Shown: positions 23,002-37,406, counted from the first letter of the whole stretch. The stretch is DNA of 63,325 bases, filler included, from Octopus bimaculoides (GCF_001194135.2; 7 parts of 7 records of this genome joined end to end with filler, not necessarily neighbours in it); one strand, 5' to 3'. Program-made: numbers and translations. Notes: a model not told the origin generated them from the letters alone.

Positions 23002-24872
23002 ATATATTTACATTTACATTTATATTTCTACAGTTATTACATATTCCGGGTTTCAGAATTTCATGGTTTTCAGCAATAAATATAATTGATGGAAACTCTC
23101 TTTATTTAGTGTCGTGAAAGGAAAAAAATAAGATGGAGATCTATAGATTGGCACCTTGTACAATTCTCATTGTTTTTATTTTTCGATGTCTTTTTTTTTT
23201 CATTCGTATAGCGACTAACAAGTTGTTTTATACGCATGATTATACAAAATTTGAATACCAGCTTAGTTTCTTTTGTTATTGGTGAACGTATCATTTTAAT
23301 ATATATCATAATCTGTGGAGAAGTGGTTTGTATTTTTCAGCAAATGTTTTTCATTTATTGGTCTGCGTTTAGCTTCTGTTATTTGTTAAAACAAAGTTGT
23401 AATGGGACGATTTGGTGATTGGGGATTTTTTTTTGGCACACACAAGGAAAACTAACTCAAAACTTTCATGCACGGGTATTTGACTTGCACTGGTATTTGA
23501 TATTTATTGGCGATGAACAGTCATTGCATGTCTCTGAAAGAACATCTCCTTTTGCTAAGACCATACTTTGTGCTCCACTGAACTAGCTTGTAGTTTACAA
23601 TCGTATCTCAAGTCACCGGAAGGTCGCGCTTAACGTTTGATTGATGATAAAATGTTTGTGTACTTTCATGAAAACCGCTCAATATACATAATGGCTCAAT
23701 ATACATATCAAATATCTAAGCGTTAAATGAATAGAAGAAAAATCTACATTGAAATTAGAATTAGGTCTGAAAATAAAGAAATACTCATCAAATTTTAATT
23801 TTCACTACCAACATTCAGCTATGTCAATCTCTTAGCAGTTCTCTGACAATTAGAGTGTCCTCAGCTGTTTTCTCTTCCTTAATAAAGGGAATTGTAGTCC
23901 GTACTGTCTCAGTCAACTGGGGTCTTTGAGATTTTGTGTTTTGAGCAGGAATATTGGACAGTGACATCTTTACATACTAACGTGGAGTAGTAAATAAACC
24001 GAATTATTTAGTGTGATGTTTCTTCTCAATACGCTTCGCATTCAATTCTAGCCAATGTGAAATGTATTTTTTACCACCCAGATTCGATAAAATATGTACT
24101 GGGATAATTTCGGTCACTACACCCGGCTAAAAAAAATCTTAACTTTGTGACAGTTGAAAAATCCGTTACAAACCTCCCCCTGTCTCTCTCTCCTTCTTTC
24201 CCCTCTCTCTCTGTTATACACAATAAACAACTAGCTCTCTTACTCACAATAAAACGTACCTTTTTATTTACTTGATTTGTACTCGAATTTCGTAATCGTT
24301 GACGATATATATATTCATGTCATTTGTCTAAAACTTTATTTATCCTCTCTTTGTTTCCCTGAAAAGTCATCTACCTGCTGTTTATTCTCCCTCTGTTTCT
24401 ACTACATAATGCTTTGTACTTCTCTTAACTAATTCGATTACTTACAATCGAACTCCAAAACACTAGATGTAGCCACTCTTCCTGATACAAGATGCCGCTC
24501 TCCATTGTTATGATATAAGTGTCTATAGTTTCAGGAATTAAGAGGATGAATCCGCGAAGAAAGCGTTGGTTCTGTGAACTGCAGTGGCTATGAGTTGGAA
24601 AATTGTGATTGTGCATAGCACTACCAGTTAAATGGAAATGGCACCTAAGATTACTGTCAGTGTTGACGCTCTTGTTTCGACGCAGACCAATCCAGCTTTG
24701 AACAGATGAGTAATTAAATGCGTTCCAACCGCGACCATCGGACCATTTTGTACATCATGAACTACATTGTCCAATTGCTCCGTCTTTAAGAGCCTGGGCT
24801 TTTGTTTGCTATTTCTGTCATTCTGTCAAATCGAATGCTTATGCTGTAGGATCTCGCTCGTTGCTTCATTTA

Positions 24873-24911
<39 letters not shown>

Positions 24912-25200
24912 NNNNNNNNNNNNNNNNNNNNNNNNNNNNNNNNNNNNNNNNNNNNNNNNNNNNNNNNNNNNNNNNNNNNNNNNNNNNNNNNNNNNNNNNN
25001 NNNNNNNNNNNNNNNNNNNNNNNNNNNNNNNNNNNNNNNNNNNNNNNNNNNNNNNNNNNNNNNNNNNNNNNNNNNNNNNNNNNNNNNNNNNNNNNNNNNN
25101 NNNNNNNNNNNNNNNNNNNNNNNNNNNNNNNNNNNNNNNNNNNNNNNNNNNNNNNNNNNNNNNNNNNNNNNNNNNNNNNNNNNNNNNNNNNNNNNNNNNN

Positions 25201-25273
<73 letters not shown>

Positions 25274-26154
25274 TGCTGTGAGGGACACACAGTAGAGATG
25301 GTCACATGATACAACCCATCGAATGGTAAGCTTGCTGACCAAACTTGACAAACTCCAATTTGATATATGCTATAAAAACCTAAACCCACCATTCTACATA
25401 CATATATATATATACACACATAAATATACACACGTACATTCGTACAGAAATTAGCCTGCAGGTTTGCTTCCTCTACCAGTGCCTCAGCTTTCTTGGCCAC
25501 TAACATAAACACATCCACAGACACAAAATATATAAATAAACACACGCAAACACGAACATACAAGATTACGAACAACGCCGTTAGCTGTGCTTCGTATGCA
25601 CAAACGGCATACATCATCTATAGCCACACACGTATACATGCATATATGCATACATACGTACATACATACATGAATACGTACATACAGACAGACACACAGA
25701 CATACATAAGTACATACATGTAGACATATATGCACAATAACTTACACGAACATTTCACTTCCTCCAGCAATTCACCACCATCACTGCTACCGCAGGTGCT
25801 ACACACACATACACACACGCACGCATGTACGCACATACACACACATACACGCACCACACACACGCACCGCACACACGCACACACAAACATGCACACCACA
25901 CTCGTACGTACAGCTACACGTGCAAGTACATTACCGATACCATCGCCACAACCACTGCCTTCACACAAACGAAGACTATGACGAAGACGACAACGCCGAC
26001 CACCACCACCACCACCACCACCACCACCACCACTACCGCCACCACCACCACCTTNNNNNNNNNNNNNNNNNNNNNNNNNNNNNNNNNNNNNNNNNNNNTT
26101 AATTAATTAANNNNNNNNNNNNNNNNNNNNNNNNNNNNNNNNNNNNNNNNNNNN

Positions 26155-26222
<68 letters not shown>

Positions 26223-26225
26223 TTA

Positions 26226-26419
26226 TATGTTTGTGTTACGTGCTTGTTCCCCCACCATCGCTTCACAACCGATGCTGGTGTGTTTACTTTCCCGTAACTT
26301 AGCGGTTCGGCAAAAGAGATGGTTAGAACAAGGACTAGGCTTACAAAGAATAAGTCCTGGGGTCGATTTGTGCTGTGCTGAAGCATGGCCGCACTCAAAA
26401 ACTGAAACAAATAAAAGAA
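26226..26419 (+). mobile_element. SINE family A, 3' half
   Basis: Body and GCATGGCCGCACTC...CTGAAACAAATAAAAGAAT tail. Confidence 0.8.
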
Positions 26420-26480
26420 TGAAAGTATATATGTGTATGTGTGCGTATGCGTTTGTGTGTATGTGTGTGTGTATGTGTGT

Positions 26481-26514
<34 letters not shown>

Positions 26515-26567
26515 CTTTGTCTGTCTATCTGTCTATATGTATGTATGTATGTACGTATCGGACAAAA

Positions 26568-26700
26568 TACTTAGCAGCGTTTCGTCCTTCTTTTTCGCTT
26601 TTAGTTGAAACGCCACCAAGGTAGACTTTGCTTTCCATCCTTGTTGGTATTATCGATTAACTCCTCCCTCAAAATTTCAGTCCTTGTGACTATTGTAGAA
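26568..26700 (+). mobile_element. SINE family D, degenerate
   Basis: CGGACAAAATACTTAGCAGCGTTTCGTCC...GACTTTGCTTTCCATCCTT, homologous to the antisense copies at 34554 and 50562. Confidence 0.6.
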
Positions 26701-26860
26701 ATGATTTGTCTCTTCGTATGAATAAACAGAGTTTAGTTACGAAAGACTGGCAGTTATCAATGTATACGATGCTCCCCTTTCCACGCATCTAAATGCCAGG
26801 CTTGTAGAAGTTCAGTTTGTATTAAACTAATCCTAGTCCATTTTTTCCTTGGTAATATTT

Positions 26861-27251
26861 TATCTTCTACTTATTTCAGTCATTAGACTGCGGCTATGCT
26901 GGGGCACCTGCCTGGGAGGATTTTTAGTCGAATTTACTGACTCCAGTACTTATGTTTTTAAAGCTTGATACTTATTCTAACATTCATTTTTGCCGGACCG
27001 CTAAGTTACGGGGATGTAAACACAGCAGCACAGTTGTCAAGCGGTGGTGGGGGACAAACACAAAGGCACACACATAGACACGTACATACATATATATACG
27101 ACGGGTTTCTTTCAGTTTCCGCCTACCAAATCCACTTACAAGGATTTAGTCATCATCGAAGACAGTTGCCCAAAGTGCCACACAGCGGGACTGAACCTCG
27201 AACCATGTGGTTGGAAAGTAAGTTTCTTGCCACATAACCATGCTTGCGCCT
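26861..27251 (-). mobile_element. SINE family A, full length
   Basis: Antisense head (GGGACTGAACCTCGAACCATGTGG...CCACATAACCATGC) through body to tail. Confidence 0.85.
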
Positions 27252-27935
27252 ACAAGGTGAGAAATAATTTGCAATAAAAAGTAATGTTGGAGAGTTTCGA
27301 TATACGTTAATATATGTTGTTAATATTTTGGTTGTAGGGAATATTTGAATCACCTTGTAAATTTGTCCTCCATTTTGAGGGAGTTCTTATCTTGCCCATA
27401 ATTTCTTTTTCTGAAACAGTACTACTAATTATCATTCATATTTATTAATGTATTATTCTTAACGTCATAGCTATATCGGTATATCTATAATTTTTCCTTT
27501 GCTGATTGTTATATAGTGTGATGAACATTATTCAAACTTCTTTGAGTTTATGCAAATTTAAGTCACGACTAATATATTAGATTAAGAGTTATATTTTCAG
27601 AAATATTTTGTCGCTACCTGAGTGAGATAGGCCCTGGAGCAGTTCTGATTTGAATCTAATGATACTCATTGATTAGTGTAACATTATAAACAAACAAAGC
27701 AGTGCTTCCAAACTTTTTTAAGTATCGATTTCTTTGTTTTACAAAAAACTTCACACTTTTTCAACGCCTTCTTGCTGCAAAATAAAATACATCACAAAAT
27801 ATTGCAGCCGACAGAGGGATCGTGATTAACACTACACGTAATGTCAAAACAACATATCGACCACAAATATTACTAGATAATTTGCAAATACAATAAAAAC
27901 TGAAAATATTTTTGAAAATTAAAAGCCTAAATTAT

Positions 27936-28110
27936 AGGCGTGGCTGTATGGTAAGAAGTTTCCTTCTAATCCTATGTTTCCAGGTTCAGTCTCACTGCGT
28001 GGAACATTAGGCAAGTGTCTTCTACTATAGCCTTCGACTGACCAAAGCCTTGTGAGTGGATTTGGTAGACGGAAACTGACAGAGACGCCCATCGAACGTG
28101 TGTGTGTATA
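27936..28110 (+). mobile_element. SINE family A, 5' half (runs into TA repeat and gap)
   Basis: GGCGTGGCTGTATGGTAAG...GGTTCAGTCTCACTGCGTGG...GTGAGTGGATTTGGTAGACGGAAACTG. Confidence 0.8.
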
Positions 28111-28150
28111 TCCATGGATCTTACTCTTGTAGTGTATATTATATATCGTT

Positions 28151-28203
<53 letters not shown>

Positions 28204-28283
28204 NNNNNNNNNNNNNNNNNNNNNNNNNNNNNNNNNNNNNNNNNNNNNNNNNNNNNNNNNNNNNNNNNNNNNNNNNNNNNNNN

Positions 28284-28364
<81 letters not shown>

Positions 28365-28489
28365 GAAGCAGCGTTAGTGTGATAACATTATCGACAATAC
28401 ATACTCAATGCATACGCTGCATATGTTTGCTGGTAGGCTGCGATTGACGTGGTATTAAAACGCCTGAAAGTCATGGACAAGCGAGACAA

Positions 28490-29040
28490 CCCATACTAAA
28501 ATCCATTCAAAGGCGATGAATATCGATGTTTTGCTATTTTTGTGGTTTATCAACATCACGTAACCGAACTGAGTCGGAAGTGTTACAGGCAGAACGGTAG
28601 TGACTCACTCAACCGCGCCCCACGCGTAGAGAATTAGGGAGCCAGAAATTCGGGTTGAGGAAGTCGTAGAAGTTCTCCGACAACCACTTCAGACTCTTTC
28701 CGGAGGTATGACAACGAGCTGAATCCTGTCTCCACACATATGGCCTTTCAGCAGCAATCCTCTCCAGCCAGGGATTAATCAGTTTCTGGCAGCTTCATCT
28801 AACCGTCTAAATTGAGCCTAAGATGTGGGGTGGTATGGCTTCACAGTCACTGGAGACACATCCAAAGACCATCATACTTTGGGGCAACTTGGTTTTTCAT
28901 GATGCCCATGTTAGATCTTACAGCCTCCGTAGTGCTCTCAGAGCATTGAAGAGCAGTTATATCTGCATTTTGATACCCGGCGCGAATCATCGTGAAGCAG
29001 ATAACTCTTTCCCATTATCCTGATAGCTTCCAGTCCTCCA
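28490..29040 (-). mobile_element. DD37D (maT-like) transposon derivative, internally deleted
   Basis: MIRAGYQNADI...TTEAVR is joined to MKTKLPQSMMVFGCVSSD, followed by PWLERIAAERPYVWRQDSARCH...WLSENFYDF. Same family as 49479-50351. Confidence 0.7.
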
Positions 29041-30577
29041 TACCAGCTTTTTCTCAACTAAAATTTTAATCTTAATGCTCTCTAACACACACATGCTCAC
29101 ACTCACTCACTCAATCATTCACTCACACTCGCACACGCGCTCGTTCACATATATATCTTAGCGTAGCATTTCTTACATGAAGTAATTTAAAAAATAGTTT
29201 CACATGCGTTTTAGAAAACGTTTATATTTGTATATGCACTCAACTGTAGAGCTCACATGCATATAAGCATACACAAGCACTTATGCATGTACGTATGTAT
29301 ATGTATATATGTAAATCTATGCATGCTTTAGAATTATATAGCATTAACTATAAGTGTCTGATTGTTTGCACGAATCGATTTTAGAACCCAGACATTTTTT
29401 AAAACTACTATTTTGTTATTTATTTCCTACCAAGTTTGCAGTTAAGTGGGACAGCGAGTGCCTTACGGCCTTACTTAATCCCTTGTAGATTGAGTTATCA
29501 AGCTTTTAGGGTGAGACAAGTGCAGTTAATGCTATTTTGATTTGTTGTTGATTAGCTGTTCACAGGAACACATGGGCAGGGAGGAATGCAACTCTCGGTA
29601 AAAAATCATTGGGTAAAATTTTCTCGTGTATAAATGTGTGGGTGGTCTGAAGTGTGTGAGACACGATGGCGTGTAAGTAAACGTGAGTGGATGAATAAAG
29701 ACTGGATTTCCTTTTCAGACCAATAGATAAATAAAGTTAAATCATTCTTTACTGACCTCACACTAAGTAATACCCGATGACCCCAACAACATGTCGTGCC
29801 CTCCCTTCCTTTTCCCCGAATTTCGATAATCCTTTGGTTTTGATCCGCAATGATGTCTGCGCCACTCTGCAGTCAGAACACATAATTCACTTGATGCATC
29901 CGCTTCTTTTCATTTAGACACGAACTTGGTATTTCCCGTTAAATACTTTCTTTCTTTCACTAAAACTTTTCATATATTTTGTCTTTTTTATATTTATATT
30001 CCATATCTTGTTATTTTCCTTCTCCCAGCCTAATTCTGTCGATTTGATTTTTAATAAGATTTCACGCATAAATACTTTTTTCACAGAAAGTCCTTGTTTT
30101 TGTTTTTTAGTGATGGTTTTCTATAAATGTAATTTGAGAGTATAACGCTTTTAATTTATTTTAAGCTTGATAGCTCTCATTAAAGGGTGTAAGAGTAAGT
30201 ATTTGATACTTCAATAGGGAAGTTTTTGTTTTCACTTCATCATGAAGGTCATACAGTTAGGACCACAAGACAAAATAAAAGTCAGATCTTCCTTTCTCAC
30301 ACAAAGAATATTCCATCCAAATCAAGAAGGGACGTCTCTAGTCATAAGAACTTGGTGTAAGTTTTGCCTAGTATTTGGACCTGGTAGAAATAAGTCTCTC
30401 TTACATCAGACCCTTCTGTCTTAAAAAGAAAACCAAATTTAGTAATGTAATCCCAGATACAATCTTCTTGAAAAACAAAGTGATTTCAAACAAAACGGGT
30501 TGTTTACGAGCAGCAGCAACTACAACAACAACAGTTACAAGAACTACTACTAGATTCAGCAAAAAAATGAAGGTCAT

Positions 30578-30940
30578 AGGTGCAGGCATGGCCGTGTGAT
30601 TAAAAGCTCACCTTGCGACAACATGGTTTTGGGTTCATTCATAGTGTACGTCACTTGGGCAAATGTCTACTTTTGCAGACGGAAACTGTGTAGAAGCTCA
30701 CCATATATGTATATGAGTATGTCTTATGTTTGTATTTGACTTCGCCATTAACAGCTGATGGTAGTTCGTTTACGTCCTCGTACTAAGCGGCTCGGCAAAA
30801 ACGTCTGCTAGAATCACTACCAGACTTTAACAAAATAAACACTGGGGGTTGATTTGTTCAGCTAAATCTTCCAAGGCAATGCCCCAGCATGGCCGTAATC
30901 GATGACTGCAACAGGTGAAATGGAAAAGATCAAAAGATAA
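30578..30940 (+). mobile_element. SINE family A, diverged
   Basis: Head GGTGCAGGCATGGCCGTGTG, body and GCCCCAGCATGGCCG tail region. Confidence 0.75.
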
Positions 30941-31289
30941 CTGACGAAAAGTTTTAGAGACGCTAGTATAATGGTATAATGGTATAATGGTATAATAGCG
31001 ATGTCATAAGTTTAAGGTGTTGCGTTATTTAATCTCTAGAATATAAATTTCACTGAACTCTGATGGATGGTGGTGGCAGAAGTCACTCTCCGATCGAACT
31101 AGGGAATCTATGTTTTCAATGGTCTTTCAGATTGCTGATATTATCCCGCAGTTGCAACTCTTGAAAAAATGTCATCGTTTTTCGGTGATATCGTGGAATT
31201 TTGAACTCAAAAACCGAAAAGCTGAAAGAGATACCGCAATGCATCTAATCCAAAACTTTACCAATTCCATCAATTCACTACCACGGACT

Positions 31290-31430
31290 GCTACTATTTC
31301 TTTTAATCGACCTCAAAAGGTGGAAGGGTACAGTTGACTTCCGTTGGATTTGAACTCAAATCGCAGCGACTCGGAACAAACGCACCAATGCATCCTATCA
31401 AAGGACTGTAGCGACTCAACCATTTCACCG
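31290..31430 (-). mobile_element. SINE family D, degenerate
   Basis: TTTTAATCGACC...GGATTTGAACTC (antisense B box). Confidence 0.55.
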
Positions 31431-31804
31431 CCTCTCTGAATGATAGAGCAGATGGAAAAAAAATCGAACTTGAAGAAACTTCTATGGAATCACTCAACTT
31501 ACAAAGAATAGTTGCTAGATATCCTCCAAATCATACCATGTTGCTCTAAAACTGGAAGAGAGGTTTGAATAATAAAGCCTTACATGTACTATGTATTAAG
31601 AACCAGACCTTAAACACAACTTGAGTAATGTAAATCTTTTTAAACTGCTATCAACAGGAAAGACATTTTATATAATCGTCATATTGCATTTACACAATCG
31701 CTTATCGTTCCAGAGATACATTCTAGCAATACGATGGTGTACTTTCTCGATCGGTTTTATTTGGGTTTTGAGCTGAACACTGAACGTAGGAAATTTCATA
31801 TACA

Positions 31805-32195
31805 CGCTGTGTGGTTAAGAAACTCGCTTTGCAACCACATAATTTCGGGTTCACTTCCACAGTGCGGCCCCTCGGCAGGTGTCTTCTACTATAGTAGCGG
31901 GTAGACCAATGCCTTCGGTATACGGAATCTGTGTGGAAGTCTGTCGTACACACACGCACACACACGCACACGTGTGTATGTCTTAGTGCTTATGTTTGTT
32001 CACACCGTTTGACAACTGGTGATCGTTTGCATGCGTCCCTGTAACTTAGCGGTTCAGTAAAAGAGACCCAGTAGAATTAAGTATAAAACTTAAAAAAATA
32101 GTACTGAGGCCAATTTGTTCGACAACAGCGAACGGAGGTGGTGTACAACCATAGTTGCAGTTCAAATGAGTGAAACAAGTGAAAAGTAGAAGATA
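31805..32195 (+). mobile_element. SINE family A, diverged
   Basis: GCTGTGTGGTTAAG head, GTAACTTAGCGGTTC body and GAAACAAGTGAAAAG tail. Confidence 0.75.
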
Positions 32196-32441
32196 ACTGA
32201 AATTTTGTATGAATGGTACCAATTAAAAAATAAAAATTCTGCTGACAGAATAATTGAAATAGTTTTAAAAACTTACATAGTTAAATTAGAACATTGGATA
32301 TTTAATGTTGTTAATGAATTAGCATAAAATATAATTTAGAAAAATATTTCATTATAGCAGGTGAATTTTTTAAAGAAATCATGAATTTTGCTGTTTCATA
32401 TTTAACTGTTGGGTAGTCACAGGCATGCACTCACAAACACA

Positions 32442-32511
<70 letters not shown>

Positions 32512-32804
32512 TATTTATACAACTATACATGTACGTATGTTATATGTGTATAAAAGTGTATGTGTGTGCGTATACGTATGTATGGTTCACAACTGTACAA
32601 AAAACAGCAAAAAAAAAAAAACAAAAAAAAAGACAAAAACGAAAAGACAGAAGCAGAAGGAACAACAAACGAGGTGTATTACTTTGACGCTCAGGAAAAA
32701 TAGAAAAAGTCATTGATGTTTCGAGCCTACGCGCTTCTTTAGACAACATTGAAGAAAACATAGAGAAAGGAAAAAAGGGAGAAAATAACGTATCTGGATA
32801 TATA

Positions 32805-33120
32805 TTATTTTATTCTTTAACTTGTTTCAATCATTTTGACTGTGGCCATACTGGAGCACCATCTTTTAGTCGAAGAAACCAACCACCGGACATATTCTTT
32901 ATAAGCCTGGTACTTATTCTATCGGTCTCTTCTACGGGGACGTAAACACACCAAGATCGGTTGTCAAGCGATGGTAGAGGGACAAACACAGACACAAACA
33001 TATAAATATATAAATAATATATACGACGGGCTTCTTTCATTTTCCATCTAACAAATCCAATAGCAAGGTTTTGGCTGGCCCGAAGTTATAGCAGAAGACA
33101 CTTGCCCGAGGTGCCACATA
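32805..33120 (-). mobile_element. SINE family A, head truncated
   Basis: Antisense tail TTTTATTCTTTAACTTGTTTC through GAAGACACTTGCCCGAGGTGCCAC. Confidence 0.8.
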
Positions 33121-33981
33121 TATTCCATTAAGCGGAACTGTACAGATGGGAATCAAATGCATCAAGAGTATCTAGTATTATTTAAACTCGCCTAGGCTGG
33201 TTCCTTTACAACTGTTTGACGTCACACTTTCGTATTCGTCGAGTTGGCTAAATGAGATACAAAACATCGGGAGTAGATATAATCGACTAACGTCTTTGAA
33301 GCGACTACTAAGCTTGGCTGCAGTCCAATGTATGAGAAATTGGAGAAGAGAGAAAGAGAGGGTGTAAACGAGAATTACTGACAGAATAAGGTCGTTTAGA
33401 TATCTATGGAATTGCTAAGACGGAAAACAAGGAAAAATAAGAAGAGTTGTTGTTGTTGTTTAGTCCTTAGTAAATCCATATTTAAATTCACTGTAGCCCT
33501 GATCCCGATGTCTTTACCTCAAGTGCAGGGGATCCAGGATCATATTATGCACTGTATCCTTTTCTGAGATGATGGGAGGTATAATTTGAGGGATGTTTGG
33601 TTTATGCTTCTCGCAGATGAAGCTACCACGTAGAGACTCTGTCGTTAGCTCAAATAAGAAGTTTAGAGGAAAATGGCAAAGGGGTTGTAACAGGAGGGGC
33701 GGGGTGTGATTGAATGTTATGGGTGAGGATATAAGAATTACGAATCAATCACTGTCAAGATAGCCATGAGAAAACGCAGAGAAAGAAACTCTTTGACATC
33801 CGACTTGTAGTATTGGTTTTCATCATTACAGCATGGCGAGACATGGAAGAGTGGATAGAGGAAGAGTAAAATGGGGGAGAAATAGAGATGAAGAAATAGA
33901 AAGAGCGAGCTAGAGAGATAGGAAGAGTGTGGGAGGGAGAGAAGAGGGATTAAAGAAATTGGTGCAAGAAGTAATCGTCGT

Positions 33982-34318
33982 GGCACTCCGTCGGTTAAGA
34001 CGACGAGAATTCCAGTTGATCCGATCAACGGAACAACCTTCCCGTGTACAGACACGTGTACCCTTAACGTAGTTCTCGGGGAAAATCAGCGTGACAGAGA
34101 GTGTGACAAGGCTGGCCCTTTGAAATACAGATACAATCGAAACAGGAAGAAAGAGTGACAGAAAGTTGTAGTGAAAGAGTACAGCAGGGTTTGCCACCAT
34201 CCCCTGCCGGAGCCTTGTGGAGCTTTAGGTGTTTTCGCTCAAGAAACACTCACAACGCCCGGTCTGGAAATCGAAACCGCGAGTCCGCTGCACTAACCAC
34301 TGGACCATTGCGCATCCA
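33982..34318 (-). mobile_element. SINE family C, near full length
   Basis: The minus-strand head has an A-box-like TGGTCCAGTGGTTAG and a B-box-like GGTTTCGATTTCC. The 3' part is GGCACTCCGTCGGTT...GATCAACGGAAC on the plus strand. Confidence 0.75.
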
Positions 34319-34553
34319 TGGAAGAAGTGATATGAATTGTAACATAAAGCACTTGGTTACACATCTTGGTGGTAGGAACAATATATTAAATCGTAGTTCT
34401 TAAGTAGTGCTCACTCATTCGATCGCAGAAGGAAGAAAGAAATCCTTTGTCGACCTAGAAATGAATCCTGAATGTAAGGAGACATAACATAGGTGCTATC
34501 GTATATTTACTCCGGCACTGTACTGACTCTGCTATTCTCTGCTCTTCTTAAAT

Positions 34554-34771
34554 ATTAGTTTCAAATTTTGGAACATGGCCAGCAAAATCGGGGGATAAGG
34601 CTAGTCGATTGCGTCGACCTTATTGCTCAACTGGTACTTATTTTATTGACTCCGAAAGGATGAAAGGTAAAGTTGACCACGGTGGGAATTTGAACTCGGT
34701 GCGAAAAGACGGACGAAATGCCGCTAAGAATTTTGTCCGGTGTACTAACGATTGTACCAGCTCGCCGCCTT
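34554..34771 (-). mobile_element. SINE family D
   Basis: Minus-strand head AAGGCGGCGAGCTGGTACAATCGTTAG...GAGTTCAAATTCC with A and B boxes. Confidence 0.8.
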
Positions 34772-35920
34772 ACTGCTCTTCATAATATTAAAAGGGTATT
34801 TATAAAGGTTTTCTGATAGTGATATGTTGAGAGACGTTTTGCGGGACAAGTGGAGGTGTAAATAATTCCCTAATTTATCTAATATTTACTTTATAATCCC
34901 ATCTCCGGAAGGATGAGAGACACAGTCGACAGCGATAAGAAATTAGTACGAACGTAAATGGATATAAAATATCACACGTTGTTTTGTCCAGCATTCTACT
35001 GAGTCACCTACTCCATTGTTAACGCAGAAAAGAATATGACATGGGTAGTAAAAAAATAAAAAATGGCGGAAAGACACCTGGGAAAAAATGAGAGAGAGAA
35101 AATTGGAAGAGGAAGACAAAATCGGAGACAGACAGAGTGAGATGAAGAAAGAGGAAAGCAGACGATGAAAGAAAACGAGTTCGAGTGATGAAATAGAGTG
35201 AGGGAAAGAAAAGGAAAATGACAGACTGATAGAGACATATAGAAATAACTATAGAGCGAAGAAGAAAGTGCAACAGATATAGAATGGAGAAGAAAGTGCA
35301 CGTTAAAGTTAGAATATAAAGAAAGAGAAACAGGAATAGATACAGAAGTGAGGGTAATTGATTTGTATATATAGAGAGACAATAGATACAGAGAAAAACA
35401 ATTTAGATTCAAAGGGAGAGAAGACAGAGAAAGAAGAATGAGTGGAGGGCATAGTATACGTGAAGAAAAAAGAGTAAAATGTTATGGGGAGTGGGGCGAA
35501 AAAGAGAGAGAGAGAAAGGAGGAGTGTGTGTGTATGTGTAGGAGGATAGTGGGTGCGGAGAAGGCAAGGCCGATACACAACATTTGTAGAAGGGCAACTC
35601 TGAAATAGTGTTAAATAATATCCTAAACGAAAACCTTGTGTGTATCCAAAATAGTGTAACCAAACTCTAACGACACCTTCTCCACCATCACCGTTAGCCT
35701 TCCATTACATGCCTTCATTTTTCACTACTATCAGGGCAGAAGTGGCTATCCACAAGTGCGAACCTCGTGAGACGGAGTGGCTGCTTCAGCGTGCCCCTCT
35801 CGCCTTTTCCATTTTGTCCAACATCCTCTTCCTCACCTCTCTCGTTTTCAACTGCTTAGGCTGGATTCAGTATTTTTCAACCCATTTCTTTGCGAGTATA
35901 CAATGTTTAGTGTATATACG

Positions 35921-35960
<40 letters not shown>

Positions 35961-35966
35961 GAGAGG

Positions 35967-36021
<55 letters not shown>

Positions 36022-36649
36022 TGTGTGTATGTGTATGTGTATGTGTGTGTGTGTGCTAGTCAGTTGATGGCTTTAAATACAACTCAATATCCATTCTGAC
36101 TGGATCAGATTTAAGAAGTATCTTCATACTACCCGTTCATGCTAGATATTTGGATGTATGTAAACACTCCTTTATGGGCTCCATACTTCCGGTACCTCTA
36201 TATCTGTAATTCTTAATATGGAAGAAATTCCTCTCCCTGCGGAGAAGGAAATTTTGGGATTCCACGAAAAAATTTGTAATTCTTGTGGAAAAATATTTCT
36301 CCTAACATTATTCGTACAGTTTTTGCTAGACTTATTTTCTTAGGACCCTAAGCTTTTATATTTTACTTGTTTAGGCCAGTGGATTGCGGTCATACTGGAG
36401 CACCATCTTGACGGATTTACTAGAACAAATCGTCCCTAGTATTATTTTTTAAGTCACGTGCTTATTCGACAGGTTTCTTTTGCCGGTTTCTTTAAAATTC
36501 ATGTGCAATAAATTGCTTATTATTCTATAGTACATATTTTTATACAATTCCTAATAATAGGATTGTTTAATGCACAACGAATAGTTATGGAGGCCCAGTA
36601 AGGTAAAATAGGAACCGAAGGGATCCATGGGCAAAAAATGGTTGAGAAT

Positions 36650-37200
36650 CACTGATGTAGGACAATAGTATCTATTCAGTTCCTTATCTTTCCTAAGAAA
36701 TTAAAAGTTTTGAAGGGGATTCATATGATATTTCTTCTCGTTCTAGTCAGTATGTAGGTGTGGCAAATCTTTAGTAAACGGGCTCAAACATAGGGTTTTT
36801 CAAAACACTTGTCCCACACAGTATGGATTTTTCTTTTTATTAGGGTAACTAGATATCTTAAGTCGTTTCATGTTCGTATTAACTGGCCTTAGAAGTAAAT
36901 CTAACTAAATGAGAAAGTATTTTGCAAACTAGCTTTGCTATGTCGATTGGGTATTAATGAGGTATTTCCTGTGTATTATCAACGGGCGAGTGGGTAACGT
37001 TTGTTGATCTATCAATGGATAAGGAAGAGTTGTGAGGTTCGTTATTGTTGTTGTTTTAGTTAGTTTCAACTTTGATAGATTATGCCTGTCTTTAAAGGAG
37101 TTATAAATTTGAACATCCATCTTGTTTTTATAAATCTAGAACTACGTTATCTAATAAGTTCTTCCTTTTTAAGATAGTATACAGTGGTTTTAGTGAAATG
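36650..37200 (-). pseudogene. Possible highly decayed PLE RT N-terminal relic
   Basis: Weak resemblance of YLKKEELI, LPTRPLIIHRK and FAKYFL...LLRPV to PLE pre-RT motifs. Many stops. Confidence 0.3.
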
Positions 37201-37253
37201 TGAACCCTAATTATAACAGAGGAAGTGGTCATGTCGAAACTCTTTCATTGACT

Positions 37254-37309
<56 letters not shown>

Positions 37310-37406
37310 TCCTCCCTCTTACTGTAGCTTTCTCTCTCTTAACCTTTCTCTCTCTTAACCTTTCTCTCTCTTAACCTTTCTCTCTCTTAACCTTTCTCTC
37401 TCCTAA

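Noticed and set aside
35709-36067. 116-aa and 96-aa ORFs
   Set aside because: The C-terminal halves are (TG)n/(GA)n repeats and the N-terminal halves show no recognisable homology.
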